Translations under genes and position numbers: made by a program
Origin: Escherichia coli
Lineage (GTDB): Bacteria; Pseudomonadota; Gammaproteobacteria; Enterobacterales; Enterobacteriaceae
NCBI RefSeq assembly: GCF_002854065.1
Contig: NZ_CP024147.1
DNA: 64,000 bases
Reading direction: 5' to 3' (one strand)
Shown: positions 10,525-22,082 of the stretch, in pieces
Layout: the number at the start of each line of letters is the position of its first letter
Position numbering within the stretch: the first letter of the stretch is position 1
Notes under the pieces: generated by a model
What the model saw: only the letters and a program-made list of their open reading frames with translations
Databases searched by the model: none
What the model was told of the DNA's origin: nothing

Positions 10525-10957
10525 TTTCTTACTCCTTTCACCCAAAAAAAGCGCACAACGACACACGCGTGTCTGACGTGACAAGGATAGTCCAGGACAG
10601 GCTTGCAGGATACCCTTTCTACGTAATCTTCCTGGTAAAATCATGGAGAAAATGAAACAAGGTTAATTTGTTGTTTCATTGTTAAAAAATGATATTGCCG
10701 TTGCCTTTTTTGTAGCCAGAGATTTACGCCTTCGCAGAAGGTTAGATTTTCGAAATCTTTACAAACCAGGAGTGGTAAGAGATATATCGGCATTTATCAG
10801 ATCGTTAGGTGGCTATAAGTCACGCTAAATGACTGGCTGAATCGAATCATAGCCAGAGCATGCCCTGACTTCACCCCGCTGTGTCTGCTTTTCCCGACTA
10901 TTCTTAATGAGCTTCGATGCAATTCACGATCCCGCAGTGTGATTTGAGGAGTTTTCA

Positions 10958-11248
10958 ATGGAATATAAAGATCCAATGCATGAGCTGTTGAGCAGCCTGG
11001 AACAGATTGTTTTTAAAGATGAAACGCAGAAAATTACCCTGACGCACAGAACAACGTCCTGTACCGAAATTGAGCAGTTACGAAAAGGGACAGGATTAAA
11101 AATCGATGATTTCGCCCGGGTTTTGGGCGTATCAGTCGCCATGGTAAAGGAATGGGAATCCAGACGCGTGAAGCCTTCAAGTGCCGAACTAAAATTGATG
11201 CGTTTGATTCAAGCCAACCCGGCATTAAGTAAGCAGTTGATGGAATAG
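10958..11248 (+). CDS. yiaG: XRE-family HTH transcriptional regulator YiaG
   Basis: 96 aa. HTH motif LRKGTGLKIDDFARVLGVSVAMVKEWE. Confidence 0.85.
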   Translation: MEYKDPMHELLSSLEQIVFKDETQKITLTHRTTSCTEIEQLRKGTGLKIDDFARVLGVSVAMVKEWESRRVKPSSAELKLMRLIQANPALSKQLME

Positions 11249-11310
11249 ACTTTTATCCACTTTATTGCTGTTTACGGTCCTGATGACAGGACCGTTTTCC
11301 AACCGATTAA

Positions 11311-11528
11311 TCATAAATATGAAAAATAATTGTTGCATCACCCGCCAATGCGTGGCTTAATGCACATCAACGGTTTGACGTACAGACCATTAAAGCAGTG
11401 TAGTAAGGCAAGTCCCTTCAAGAGTTATCGTTGATACCCCTCGTAGTGCACATTCCTTTAACGCTTCAAAATCTGTAAAGCACGCCATATCGCCGAAAGG
11501 CACACTTAATTATTAAAGGTAATACACT
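11311..11528 (+). promoter_or_regulatory. cspA promoter and long 5'UTR. AT-rich UP element, -35 TTGCAT (11333..11338), -10 CTTAAT (11356..11361), and the ~160-nt cold-box thermosensor leader.
   Basis: Hexamers with 17-bp spacing read from the sequence. Matches the well-known cspA promoter/UTR architecture. Confidence 0.7.
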
Positions 11529-11741
11529 ATGTCCGGTAAAATGACTGGTATCGTAAAATGGTTCAACGCTGACAAAGGCTTCGGCTTCATCACTCCTGAC
11601 GATGGCTCTAAAGACGTGTTCGTACACTTCTCTGCTATCCAGAACGATGGTTACAAATCTCTGGACGAAGGTCAGAAAGTGTCCTTCACCATCGAAAGCG
11701 GCGCTAAAGGCCCGGCAGCTGGTAACGTAACCAGCCTGTAA
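11529..11741 (+). CDS. cspA: Major cold-shock protein CspA
   Basis: [70 protein letters not shown] (70 aa). Confidence 0.97.
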
Positions 11742-11761
11742 TCTCTGCTTAAAAGCACAGA

Positions 11762-11797
11762 ATCTAAGATCCCTGCCATTTGGCGGGGATTTTTTTA
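11762..11797 (+). terminator. cspA rho-independent terminator (CCCTGCCATTTGGCGGGG plus T8)
   Basis: Hairpin followed by TTTTTTTATTT. Confidence 0.8.
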
Positions 11798-11928
11798 TTT
11801 GTTTTTCAGGAAATAAATAATCGATCGCGTAATAAAATCTAGTATTATTTTTGTGAAAAATAAATTTGGGTGCAATGAGAATGCGCAACGCCGTAAGAAA
11901 GGCGGGAATAACTTCCCGCCGAAGACTC

Positions 11929-12062
11929 TTACTCTTTCAAATTGCAGGCTAAAAATGCCGCCAGCTCATAACCCCCCTGTTTAATATGCAATTCACACAG
12001 TGAATCTCTTATCATCCAGGTGAAAAATAAAAGCGTGAAACAAATGGGTGCAGTACACTTTT
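11929..12062 (-). pseudogene. hokA: hokA-like host-killing toxin gene, apparently lacking an intact N-terminus / start codon
   Basis: Minus-strand translation gives ...CFTLLFFTWMIRDSLCELHIKQGGYELAAFLACNLKE* (stop at 11929..11931). This matches the Hok family C-terminus (LCE motif). No in-frame ATG precedes the TM segment; a TAA occurs 16 codons upstream of TWM. Confidence 0.55.
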
Positions 12063-12266
12063 TGATTTATAGTCAGGTGGGACTTTTCTCTGTCTGCCTT
12101 TCGGTGAATACCTGAGACAAACAGTCTCAAGCACCCGTGGCTATTCTAGCTTAATAAGTTTGTTTCTTCTCCTTGATATAATCCTAAAAAATCTCATAAA
12201 ATTAATATATGAGATAATCTTTATTCAGCAGAAGATTATTAAAGGTTGCTGTATTATTTAGCGATA

Positions 12267-12298
12267 AAAAAAGCCTGCCAGATGGCAGGCTTTTTAAT
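12267..12298 (-). terminator. glyQS operon terminator (AAAAAAGCCTGCCAGATGGCAGGCTTTTT)
   Basis: Perfect hairpin with flanking A/T runs, immediately 3' of the glyS stop. Confidence 0.75.
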
Positions 12299-12308
12299 AA
12301 CGGCGTTA

Positions 12309-14378
12309 TTACTGCAACAGCGAAATATCCGCAACGCGCAGGAACAGTTCGCGCAGTTTCTCCAGCATGGTCAGACGGTTGATACGCAATTCTTTGTCAT
12401 CAACCATGACCATCACTTTATCGAAGAAGGCATCGACCGGTTCACGCAGCTCTGCCAGTTCGACCAGCGCATCCTGGTAACGACCTTCCGCAAAGTACGG
12501 CTCCAGCTTGTCACGTAGCACCACAACCTGCATCGCCAGTTTAATTTCTTCCGGCTCTTTCAGAGTAGAGGCATTCACGCGATCGCTCAGCACTTCGTCA
12601 GATTTCGCCAGGATGTTAGATACACGTTTGTTCGCCGCCGCCAGTGCTGCAGCTGCTTCCAGGGTACGGAAGTGCGATACCGCTTTCATGCGGGCATCGA
12701 AATCAGCCGGACGAGTCGGACGACGCGCCAGTACCGCCTGGATGGTGTCAACGGTATAACCTTCGTCCTGATACCAGGCGCGGAAGCGACCGAGCATAAA
12801 GTCGATAACATCATCAACTACGTTGGCATTAGTCAGCTTATCGCCATACAGACGCACCGCTTCTTCGGTCAGCGTTTGCAGATCAAGGTTGAGGTTCTTC
12901 TCAACGATAATTCGCAGCACGCCAAGTGCGGCACGACGCAGCGCAAACGGGTCTTTGTCGCCTTTCGGATGCTGACCGATACCGAAGATACCCGCCAGAG
13001 TATCCATCTTATCAGCAATCGCCAGCGCACAAGCTACCGGGTTGGACGGCAGGTCATCACCGGCAAAGCGCGGCTGATACTGCTCATTCAGCGCGACGGC
13101 TACGTCTTCCGCTTCGCCATCGTGACGCGCGTAGTGCATCCCCATAACGCCTTGGGTGTCGGTGAACTCGAAGACCATGTTGGTCATCAGGTCACACTTA
13201 GACAGCAGGCCCGCACGGGTTGCGTGGTTAACGTCAGCGCCAATCTGTTCGGCGATCCAGCCAGCCAGCGCCTGGATGCGGTCAGTTTTGTCACGCAGCG
13301 TACCCAGCTGTTGCTGGAACAGCACGGTTTGCAGACGCGGCAGGTTATCTTCCAGACGTTTTTTACGGTCGGTGTTGAAGAAGAACTCGGCATCAGCCAG
13401 ACGTGGACGAACGACTTTCTCGTTACCAGAGATAATTTGCTGCGGATCTTTCGATTCGATGTTGGCAACGAAGATAAAGTTCGGCAGCAGTTTGCCGTCG
13501 TTCGCATACACCGGGAAGTACTTCTGGTCACCTTTCATGGTGTAAACCAGTGCTTCAGACGGCACCGCGAGGAATTTCTCTTCAAATTTCGCGGTTAGAA
13601 CGACCGGCCACTCCACCAGCGAAGCCACTTCTTCCAGCAGGCTTTCGCTTAAGTCAGCGTTACCGCCAATCTTACGCGCTGCTTCTTCGGCATCGGCTTT
13701 AATCTTCGCCTTACGTTCTTCGTAATCGGCGATGACTTTCCCACGCTCACGCAGAATTTCCGGATACTGATCGGCGTTATCGATGGTGAATTCCGGCTCG
13801 CCCATAAAGCGGTGGCCGCGAATCACGCGATCGGACTGAATGCCCAGAATGGTTGCAGGAATGACTTTGTCGCCCAGCAGCAGGGTCACGGTGTGCACCG
13901 GACGCACGAAGTGCACGTCGCTTGCACCCCAGCGCATCAGTTTCGGAATCGGCAGTTTCGCCAGCGAAGTCGCAACCATATTCGGCAGCAGTGCTTCAGT
14001 GCTTTCGCCCTTCACATGGGCGCGATACAGCAGCCATTCGCCTTTATCGGTAGTCAGACGCTCAGCCTGGTCAACGGTAATACCGCAACCACGCGCCCAA
14101 CCTTCTGCCGCTTTGCTCGGTTTGCCTTCAGCGTCGAACGCCTGGGCAATCGCCGGGCCGCGTTTTTCGATTTCACGATCCGGTTGCGCTTCCGCCAGGT
14201 TAGCTACTTTCAGCGCCAGACGACGCGGAGCAGCAAACCATTGAACGGTGCCGTGTGCGAGGCCAGCGTTATCCAGCTCCGCAGTAAAGTTCGCAGCAAA
14301 GGACTCTGCCAGGCTGCGCAGTGCTTTTGGTGGCAGCTCTTCAGTGCCGATTTCCACCAGAAAAGTTTTCTCAGACAT
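12309..14378 (-). CDS. glyS: Glycyl-tRNA synthetase beta subunit
   Basis: 689 aa, [20 protein letters not shown]. Confidence 0.97.
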   Translation of the reverse strand: MSEKTFLVEIGTEELPPKALRSLAESFAANFTAELDNAGLAHGTVQWFAAPRRLALKVANLAEAQPDREIEKRGPAIAQAFDAEGKPSKAAEGWARGCGITVDQAERLTTDKGEWLLYRAHVKGESTEALLPNMVATSLAKLPIPKLMRWGASDVHFVRPVHTVTLLLGDKVIPATILGIQSDRVIRGHRFMGEPEFTIDNADQYPEILRERGKVIADYEERKAKIKADAEEAARKIGGNADLSESLLEEVASLVEWPVVLTAKFEEKFLAVPSEALVYTMKGDQKYFPVYANDGKLLPNFIFVANIESKDPQQIISGNEKVVRPRLADAEFFFNTDRKKRLEDNLPRLQTVLFQQQLGTLRDKTDRIQALAGWIAEQIGADVNHATRAGLLSKCDLMTNMVFEFTDTQGVMGMHYARHDGEAEDVAVALNEQYQPRFAGDDLPSNPVACALAIADKMDTLAGIFGIGQHPKGDKDPFALRRAALGVLRIIVEKNLNLDLQTLTEEAVRLYGDKLTNANVVDDVIDFMLGRFRAWYQDEGYTVDTIQAVLARRPTRPADFDARMKAVSHFRTLEAAAALAAANKRVSNILAKSDEVLSDRVNASTLKEPEEIKLAMQVVVLRDKLEPYFAEGRYQDALVELAELREPVDAFFDKVMVMVDDKELRINRLTMLEKLRELFLRVADISLLQ

Positions 14379-14387
14379 AGCCGCCTC

Positions 14388-15299
14388 TTACTTATCTTTG
14401 TTGCACATCGGGAAGCCGAGGGCTTCACGGGAAGCGTAATATGCTTCTGCCACTGCTTTGGTCAGGGTGCGAATGCGCAGAATGTAGCGCTGACGCTCGG
14501 TGACGGAGATGGCTTTACGCGCATCCAGCAGGTTGAAGCTGTGGGCGGCTTTCAGAATACGCTCGTAAGCTGGCAGCGGCAGCGGATTTTCCAGCGCCAG
14601 CAGCTGCTGCGCTTCTTTCTCGTACTGCTCAAAGCAGGTGAACAGGAAGTCCACGTCCGCGTATTCGAAGTTGTAAGTGGACTGCTCCACTTCGTTCTGA
14701 TGGAACACGTCGCCGTAGGTGGTTTTACCCAGCGGGCCGTCGCTCCAGACCAGGTCGTAAACGCTGTCTACGCCCTGAATGTACATGGCCAGACGTTCCA
14801 GACCGTAGGTGATCTCGCCGGTAACCGGTTTACACTCCAGACCACCAACCTGCTGGAAGTAAGTGAACTGCGTCACTTCCATGCCGTTTAGCCACACTTC
14901 CCAGCCCAGTCCCCAGGCACCCAGCGTCGGGTTTTCCCAGTTATCTTCCACGAAACGGATATCGTGGATAGTCGGGTCCATGCCCAGCTCTTTCAGAGAA
15001 CCAAGGTACAGCTCCTGAATATTGTCCGGCGATGGCTTAATGACCACCTGGAACTGATAGTAGTGCTGTAAACGGTTGGGGTTTTCGCCGTAGCGACCAT
15101 CGGTCGGGCGACGAGAAGGCTGAACATAAGCAGCCGCCATCGGTTCTGGCCCCAGCGCGCGCAGACAGGTCATTGGGTGAGAGGTTCCCGCGCCGACTTC
15201 CATGTCCAATGGTTGAACAATGGTGCAGCCCTGGCGAGCCCAGTAATCCTGTAAGGTCAGGATCAAGCCCTGGAAGGTCCTGGTATCAAACTTTTGCAT
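14388..15299 (-). CDS. glyQ: Glycyl-tRNA synthetase alpha subunit
   Basis: 303 aa, [25 protein letters not shown]. Confidence 0.97.
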
Positions 15300-15393
15300 A
15301 TTATTTCGTGCTGGATACGTGTGGATTTAAAGGAAGGGATCAGTATACCCGCTGGATGGAAGATATACAGTATGAAACGGGAAAAAGCAGGGC

Positions 15394-15693
15394 TTAACGC
15401 ATGGAAAGATGCAAAAAATGGCCATCTGCGTCAAAAGAACAGACAAACTGCTCTTTACGGAAGGTATAACCGCGCATTTCATAGCTTCCCTGGAACTGTT
15501 CGAAGGCGGTGACGTCGATTTTTTGCTCGCCGGTGTTATAACGTTTTGCCGCCTGATCCTTGCATAACGCTTCCATATTCAACGAACGCAGAGGATCAAC
15601 CTTTACCCGTTGTGCTTTCTGCACGGGTGACGGTGTAGAACAACCCACTAGCACCATAAGCGCCATTGCCGGAAAGAAAGCGTTCATCATCAT
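15394..15693 (-). CDS. ysaB: Lipoprotein YsaB
   Basis: 99 aa, lipobox LVGCST. Confidence 0.8.
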   Translation of the reverse strand: MMMNAFFPAMALMVLVGCSTPSPVQKAQRVKVDPLRSLNMEALCKDQAAKRYNTGEQKIDVTAFEQFQGSYEMRGYTFRKEQFVCSFDADGHFLHLSMR

Positions 15694-15867
15694 TAAATTA
15701 CCGTCTGGTTTGCAGGTGAGTCTTATTATTTATATCGGTATAGTGGCTGATATCTTACGAATTTCCTTAAGCCTCTATAAGCTGTAGTGTTAAAACTCAG
15801 ATTATTCCAGTGCGCCAACTGAATGATTTATCGGTCAGACTTTTTTTAACCAGATACAGAGACACAG

Positions 15868-16863
15868 ATGCAGCCCAAAATTTACTGGATTGATAACCTG
15901 CGAGGGATAGCGTGTTTAATGGTGGTGATGATTCACACCACTACCTGGTATGTGACCAATGCTCATAGTGTTAGCCCCGTCACCTGGGATATCGCCAATG
16001 TTCTGAACTCTGCCTCTCGTGTCAGCGTGCCGCTATTTTTCATGATTTCCGGCTATCTCTTTTTTGGCGAACGCAGCGCCCAGCCGCGCCATTTCTTGCG
16101 TATCGGCTTATGTCTGTTTTTTTATAGCGCAATCGCGCTGCTCTACATTGCACTGTTTACCTCCATTAATGTGGAGTTAGCGCTGAAAAACCTGCTGCAA
16201 AAGCCAGTGTTTTACCACTTATGGTTTTTCTTCGCGATTGCGGTGATTTATCTGGTTTCACCGCTGATTCAGGTGAAGAACGTCGGCGGAAAAATGTTGC
16301 TGGTGCTAATGGTGGTGATTGGTATCATCGCTAACCCAAACACCGTGCCGCAGAAAATCGACGGTTTTGAATGGCTGCCAATTAACTTATATATCAATGG
16401 CGATACTTTTTACTACATTCTGTATGGCATGTTGGGCCGCGCTTTAGGGATGATGGACACACAGCATAAAGCACTGTCGTGGGTGAGCGCCGCACTGTTT
16501 GCGACGGGAGTTTTTATTATCTCTCGCGGGACATTATATGAATTGCAGTGGCGCGGAAATTTTGCCGATACCTGGTATCTTTACTGTGGGCCGATGGTTT
16601 TTATCTGCGCAATCGCGCTATTGACTCTGGTTAAAAACACGCTGGATACGCGTACCATTCGCGGACTTGGCTTAATCTCCCGCCATTCGTTGGGTATATA
16701 CGGATTCCACGCCTTGATTATCCATGCGCTGCGCACCCGGGGAATTGAGCTTAAAAATTGGCCAATACTGGATATTATTTGGATTTTTTGCGCGACGTTG
16801 GCAGCGAGTTTGTTACTTTCTATGCTGGTACAACGAATCGACAGAAACAGATTAGTGAGTTAA
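15868..16863 (+). CDS. wecH: O-acetyltransferase WecH (acyltransferase-3 family)
   Basis: 331 aa polytopic membrane protein. Synteny with the yiaA side. Confidence 0.85.
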   Translation: MQPKIYWIDNLRGIACLMVVMIHTTTWYVTNAHSVSPVTWDIANVLNSASRVSVPLFFMISGYLFFGERSAQPRHFLRIGLCLFFYSAIALLYIALFTSINVELALKNLLQKPVFYHLWFFFAIAVIYLVSPLIQVKNVGGKMLLVLMVVIGIIANPNTVPQKIDGFEWLPINLYINGDTFYYILYGMLGRALGMMDTQHKALSWVSAALFATGVFIISRGTLYELQWRGNFADTWYLYCGPMVFICAIALLTLVKNTLDTRTIRGLGLISRHSLGIYGFHALIIHALRTRGIELKNWPILDIIWIFCATLAASLLLSMLVQRIDRNRLVS

Positions 16864-16870
16864 GTAAAAG

Positions 16871-16900
16871 CCCGGTCACATTGGACTGACCGGGCTTACG
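16871..16900. terminator. Bidirectional terminator between wecH and yiaA (AAAAGCCCGGTCA...TGACCGGGCTT)
   Basis: 11-bp inverted repeat. Confidence 0.55.
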
Positions 16901-16904
16901 TGAG

Positions 16905-17330
16905 TTATTCGCTGTATTCTTCCTGGGTAACCTGTGTTTCTTTTGGTGGGTTTATTCCGGCATCACGAATATTTTTCTGCACCGCTACTGCACCAAACAA
17001 GCTTAAGAAGAAAGCCAGTCCATAAAAACCTTTTTCGCTGAGTAATAATGTCGCATTCCACAGACCTACCATCAGTAATGCAACAGAGATAATAAAGACA
17101 GTCAGGCAGGTCATATAATAAATGGAAGTGGTCGGTATGCCTTCATACTTGTCCCGAACAGTCTTTTGATAAGACGCCGCAGAAAACAGTCCTAATACCA
17201 GTACGGCAAAATAATATCCTTTTTCATTTAACTGCATCTCTGCATTCCATAGCCCTAACAGATAGGTAACGATACCACCAACGAGAGCTATCCATGACAC
17301 AATACTAAAGGCCGGTGAATAGGTTGATAT
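16905..17330 (-). pseudogene. yiaA: yiaA (inner membrane protein) interrupted after codon 6 by IS2. The 3' part is here; the first 6 codons are at 18664..18681.
   Basis: The minus-strand N-terminus MDNKIS (18681..18664) runs into the IS2 end. The rest, [17 protein letters not shown]..., resumes at 17330. The track ORF 16905..17465 is an in-frame read-through into the IS2 left end. Confidence 0.8.
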
Positions 17331-17421
17331 TAGACTGGCCCCCTGAATCTCCAGACAACCAATATCACTTAAATAAGTGATAGTCTTAATACTAGTTTTT
17401 AGACTAGTCATTGGAGAACAG

Positions 17422-17787
17422 ATGATTGATGTCTTAGGGCCGGAGAAACGCAGACGGCGTACCACACAGGAAAAGATCGCAATTGTTCAGCAGAGCTTTG
17501 AACCGGGGATGACGGTCTCCCTCGTTGCCCGGCAACATGGTGTAGCAGCCAGCCAGTTATTTCTCTGGCGTAAGCAATACCAGGAAGGAAGTCTTACTGC
17601 TGTCGCCGCCGGAGAACAGGTTGTTCCTGCCTCTGAACTTGCTGCCGCCATGAAGCAGATTAAAGAACTCCAGCGCCTGCTCGGCAAGAAAACGATGGAA
17701 AATGAACTCCTCAAAGAAGCCGTTGAATATGGACGGGCAAAAAAGTGGATAGCGCACGCGCCCTTATTGCCCGGGGATGGGGAGTAA
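17422..17787 (+). CDS. insC: IS2 OrfA (InsC) transposase HTH subunit
   Basis: [56 protein letters not shown]... Confidence 0.93.
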
Positions 17788-18650
17788 GCTTAGTCAGCCG
17801 TTGTCTCCGGGTGTCGCGTGCGCAGTTGCACGTCATTCTCAGACGAACCGATGACTGGATGGATGGCCGCCGCAGTCGTCACACTGATGATACGGATGTG
17901 CTTCTCCGTATACACCATGTTATCGGAGAGCTGCCCACGTATGGTTATCGTCGGGTATGGGCGCTGCTTCGCAGACAGGCAGAACTTGATGGTATGCCTG
18001 CGATCAATGCCAAACGTGTTTACCGGATCATGCGCCAGAATGCGCTGTTGCTTGAGCGAAAACCTGCTGTACCGCCATCGAAACGGGCACATACAGGCAG
18101 AGTGGCCGTGAAAGAAAGCAATCAGCGATGGTGCTCTGACGGGTTCGAGTTCTGCTGTGATAACGGAGAGAGACTGCGTGTCACGTTCGCGCTGGACTGC
18201 TGTGATCGTGAGGCACTGCACTGGGCGGTCACTACCGGCGGCTTCAACAGTGAAACAGTACAGGACGTCATGCTGGGAGCGGTGGAACGCCGCTTCGGCA
18301 ACGATCTTCCGTCGTCTCCAGTGGAGTGGCTGACGGATAATGGTTCATGCTACCGGGCTAATGAAACACGCCAGTTCGCCCGGATGTTGGGACTTGAACC
18401 GAAGAACACGGCGGTGCGGAGTCCGGAGAGTAACGGAATAGCAGAGAGCTTCGTGAAAACGATAAAGCGTGACTACATCAGTATCATGCCCAAACCAGAC
18501 GGGTTAACGGCAGCAAAGAACCTTGCAGAGGCGTTCGAGCATTATAACGAATGGCATCCGCATAGTGCGCTGGGTTATCGCTCGCCACGGGAATATCTGC
18601 GGCAGCGGGCTTGTAATGGGTTAAGTGATAACAGATGTCTGGAAATATAG
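17745..18650 (+). CDS. insD: IS2 OrfB (InsD) transposase catalytic subunit (DDE)
   Basis: 301 aa, overlapping the -1 frame with insC. rve integrase-core motifs. Confidence 0.93.
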
Positions 18651-18723
18651 GGGCAAATCCAGATATTTTGTTGTCCATCACAGTATTCCTTTCATTCCTG
18701 AATGTGTAAGAGCTTTATATTGC

Positions 18724-19065
18724 TCATACCGAGCGAAACAAACGCATTTGACCAAACAAGCAGACAAAAAAGGCGATGGGGTAGATCACCATTTCATAAG
18801 CATTGATAGGTGCATTTAAAACACCGATAAACAAGAGACCGATAGTGATTAACGCAACTAACTGGCAAATATGGGTAAAAAAATTATCCAGTTGCCCGCG
18901 TTTTTCTGCGCGAAGATATGCATAGTTGCCAAAAGTTGCTGTCATTAACACGCCAAGAAAATAGCCTTTTCCACTCAACAATGGGCATGAGATCCATAGC
19001 CCAACCAGATAAACCAGCGCCCCGACAACAAATAATAGTTTTGCCACAGTTTTTGAGGTTTTCAT
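18724..19065 (-). CDS. yiaB: Inner membrane protein YiaB (YiaA/YiaB family)
   Basis: MKTSKTVAKLLFVVGALVYLVGLW... 113 aa. The track ORF is extended 14 codons. Confidence 0.85.
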   Translation of the reverse strand: MKTSKTVAKLLFVVGALVYLVGLWISCPLLSGKGYFLGVLMTATFGNYAYLRAEKRGQLDNFFTHICQLVALITIGLLFIGVLNAPINAYEMVIYPIAFFVCLFGQMRLFRSV

Positions 19066-19233
19066 AACGATCTCCATATCTACCAGCGATACATTACGAG
19101 TAACCAACGAAAGACAAAACTGAAAAATGCCATTAACAAATGATTTTCAGAATAAATTCATACTAAATATTAATTAATTACTGAGATATATAGATGTGAA
19201 TTATCCCCCACCCGGTCAGGCAGGGGATAACGT

Positions 19234-20688
19234 TTACGCCATTAATGGCAGAAGTTGCTGATAGAGGCGACGGAACGTTTCTCGTCGTGGCTGATAAGCG
19301 GCATAACGCTGCGCATCTGGTAGATGCGACTGTTCTAACGGTAGCTGCGGCAACAACTCAATGAGCGATTTCTCTGGATTCGCCGCAATCTGCGCCAGCC
19401 TTGCTGCGCCCAGTGCTGGCCCCACATCCCCCCCCGTACGGTAATCGAGCTGCTGACCGCTGATATCCGCCAGCATCTGACGCCAGTACTCACTACGCGC
19501 CCCGCCACCAATCAACGTAACACTTTGCGGTTTAATGCCGCAGGCATGCACGACATCCATGCCATCTGCCAGCGCATAACCCACGCCTTCCAGCACTGCT
19601 CGCGCCAGTTCATTGGGGCCATGTTGATGAGTCAAACCAAAGAAAACCCCCTTCGCCTGGGGATTATTGTGTGGCGTACGCTCGCCGGAAAGATAAGGCA
19701 GAAACCAAACTGGCTCGGCACTTTCATCAGCCTGTTGAGCTGCAGCGATTAAAGCTGGGACATTGCTCAGGCCGGTTAATTTCGCGGCCCAATCCAGACA
19801 TGACGCTGCACTCAGCATTACAGACATTAAATGCCAACGCTGCGGTAGCGCATGGCAAAAGCTGTGTACGGCGCTTTCTGGCTTGCTTAAAAACCCTTCG
19901 CTGACAGCAAAATAGACCCCCGACGTCCCCAGCGATAACATTGCCTGATTAGCATCAACCATTCCCACACCAACCGCACCAGCTGCATTGTCGCCACCGC
20001 CTGCGATAACTGGCACCGCCGCCATACCCCACGCTTTCGCAATTTCAGGTAACAAAGCACCAGTAATTTCGCTGCCTTCGTATAATGCGGGCATCTGGTC
20101 ACGAGATAAGTCGCAAGCCTGCAGCATGACGTCACTCCAGTCACGCTTTGCGACATCCAGCCACATGGTGCCAGCTGCGTCAGACATATCGCTGGCAAAC
20201 TCCCCCGTCATACGCAGACGCAAGTAATCTTTCGGTAATAATACTTTGTCGATTTGACGGAATATCTCCGGCTCATGCCGCTGGATCCATAGCAATTTAG
20301 GCGCAGTAAATCCGGGCATCATCAGATTGCCGGTAATCACTCGTGATTGCGGAACTCTCGCTTCCAGCAAAGTGCACTCTTGCGCACAGCGCCCGTCGTT
20401 CCACAAAATGGCAGGGCGCAATACCCGTTGTTGAGCATCCAGTAAGGTTGCTCCATGCATCTGGCCGGCAATACCCAATGCTTTAACGTCCTGCAGAGAA
20501 TGCTGATCGCCCAGAGCTTTCATTGCGCGATCAGTTGCCTGCCACCACTGTTCCGGGTCTTGTTCCGACCAGAGTGGATGCGGGCGCGAAACGGTCAGCT
20601 TTTCCGTTTGCGAAGCAACCACCTCACCCTGCTCGTTAAGCAAAATAACTTTTACGCCCGAGGTGCCAAGATCTATCCCGATATACAT
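19234..20688 (-). CDS. xylB: Xylulokinase
   Basis: 484 aa FGGY kinase, MYIGIDLGTSGVKVILL. Confidence 0.97.
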   Translation of the reverse strand: MYIGIDLGTSGVKVILLNEQGEVVASQTEKLTVSRPHPLWSEQDPEQWWQATDRAMKALGDQHSLQDVKALGIAGQMHGATLLDAQQRVLRPAILWNDGRCAQECTLLEARVPQSRVITGNLMMPGFTAPKLLWIQRHEPEIFRQIDKVLLPKDYLRLRMTGEFASDMSDAAGTMWLDVAKRDWSDVMLQACDLSRDQMPALYEGSEITGALLPEIAKAWGMAAVPVIAGGGDNAAGAVGVGMVDANQAMLSLGTSGVYFAVSEGFLSKPESAVHSFCHALPQRWHLMSVMLSAASCLDWAAKLTGLSNVPALIAAAQQADESAEPVWFLPYLSGERTPHNNPQAKGVFFGLTHQHGPNELARAVLEGVGYALADGMDVVHACGIKPQSVTLIGGGARSEYWRQMLADISGQQLDYRTGGDVGPALGAARLAQIAANPEKSLIELLPQLPLEQSHLPDAQRYAAYQPRRETFRRLYQQLLPLMA

Positions 20689-20759
20689 ATCGATCGTTCC
20701 TTAAAAAAATGCCCGGTATCGCTACCGATAACCGGGCCAACGGACTGCACAGTTAGCCG

Positions 20760-22082
20760 TTATTTGTCGAACAGATAATGATTTACCAGATTTTCCAGTT
20801 GCTCCTGGCGACCACTCTGATGCACCGGAGACAAATTATGTTCCTGAGCATATTTGGCTAAATCTGCCAGTGACATTTGGCCTTTCAGGATTTGCTGGCC
20901 TAATTCGCTATTCCAGCCGGAATAACGCTGCGCGATGCGTTTATCCAGCTCGCCATCTTCAATCATGCGCGCTGCAATTTTCAGCGCCAGTGCCATCGTA
21001 TCCATCGCGCCGATATGACCGTAAAACAGATCATATTTATCAGTACTTTGACGACGTACTTTGGCATCGAAGTTCAGACCGCCGGTGGTGAAACCGCCTG
21101 CTTTGAGAATTTCATACATTACCAGCGCATTCTCTTCCACACTGTTCGGGAACTGATCGGTGTCCCAGCCCAGTTGAGCATCGCCACGGTTCGCGTCGAC
21201 AGAACCAAACAGGCCAAGCGCAATGGCGGTGGCAATTTCATGATGGAAAGAGTGACCTGCCAGCGTCGCGTGGTTAGCTTCAATGTTCAGTTTAATCTCT
21301 TTTTCCAGACCAAACTGTTTCAGGAAGCCATAGACTGTCGCAGCATCGTAATCATATTGATGTTTAGTCGGTTCTTGCGGTTTCGGTTCGATAAGCAACG
21401 TGCCCTGGAAGCCGATTTTATGTTTATGCTCAACCACCATTTGCATAAAGCGGCCCAGTTGTTCACGCTCCTGACGCAAATCGGTATTTAACAGCGTTTC
21501 GTAACCTTCACGACCGCCCCACAGGACATAGTTTTCACCACCCAATTTATGGGTTGCTTCCATCGCTGTAACAACTTGCGTTGCCGCCCAGCTGAAGACT
21601 TCTGGATCTGGGTTCGTCGCCGCACCCGCGCCATAGCGAGGGTTTGTAAAGCAGTTAGCGGTTCCCCACAGCAGCTTCACGCCGCTCTCTTCTTGCTTGC
21701 CTGCCAGGACATCAACCATTTGCGCAAAATTATTGATGTACTCTTTTAACGACGCGCCCTCAGGGGAAACATCCACATCGTGGAAGCAATAAAATGGCAC
21801 ATGTAACTTGTGGAAAAACTCAAATGCGACATCTGCTTTACGCTTCGCCAACGCCAGTGCCTCACCAGGCTGCTGCCACGGACGATTAAACGCCCCCACA
21901 CCAAACATATCCGCCCCGTTCCAGCAGAAGGTGTGCCAGTAGCAGGCGGCAAATCGCAAGTGCTCTTCCATACGCTTGCCCAACACCAGTTCGTCGGGAT
22001 TGTAGTGACGGAATGCTAACGGGTTTGAGGATTTTGAGCCTTCATAACGAACGCGATCGAGCTGGTCAAAATAGGCTTGCAT
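20760..22082 (-). CDS. xylA: Xylose isomerase
   Basis: [33 protein letters not shown]..., 440 aa. Confidence 0.97.

Larger units (their letters stand above)
17331..18663 (+). mobile_element. IS2: IS2 (IS3 family) with a 5-bp target-site duplication GATAT (17326..17330 and 18664..18668)
   Basis: Left end TAGACTGGCCCCCTGAATCTCC, right end ...AAATATAGGGGCAAATCCA. insC/insD ORFs. Flanking duplication read from the sequence. Confidence 0.93.

Noticed and set aside
12672-14891. Long plus-strand ORFs (308, 129 and 359 aa) overlapping glyS/glyQ
   Set aside because: They are antisense to essential, highly conserved aminoacyl-tRNA synthetase genes. Low-complexity Arg/Gln-rich translations. An artefact of codon bias.
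17377-17421. Upstream extension of IS2 insC ([15 protein letters not shown]...)
   Set aside because: It lies within the IS2 terminal inverted repeat. Canonical InsC starts [13 protein letters not shown].
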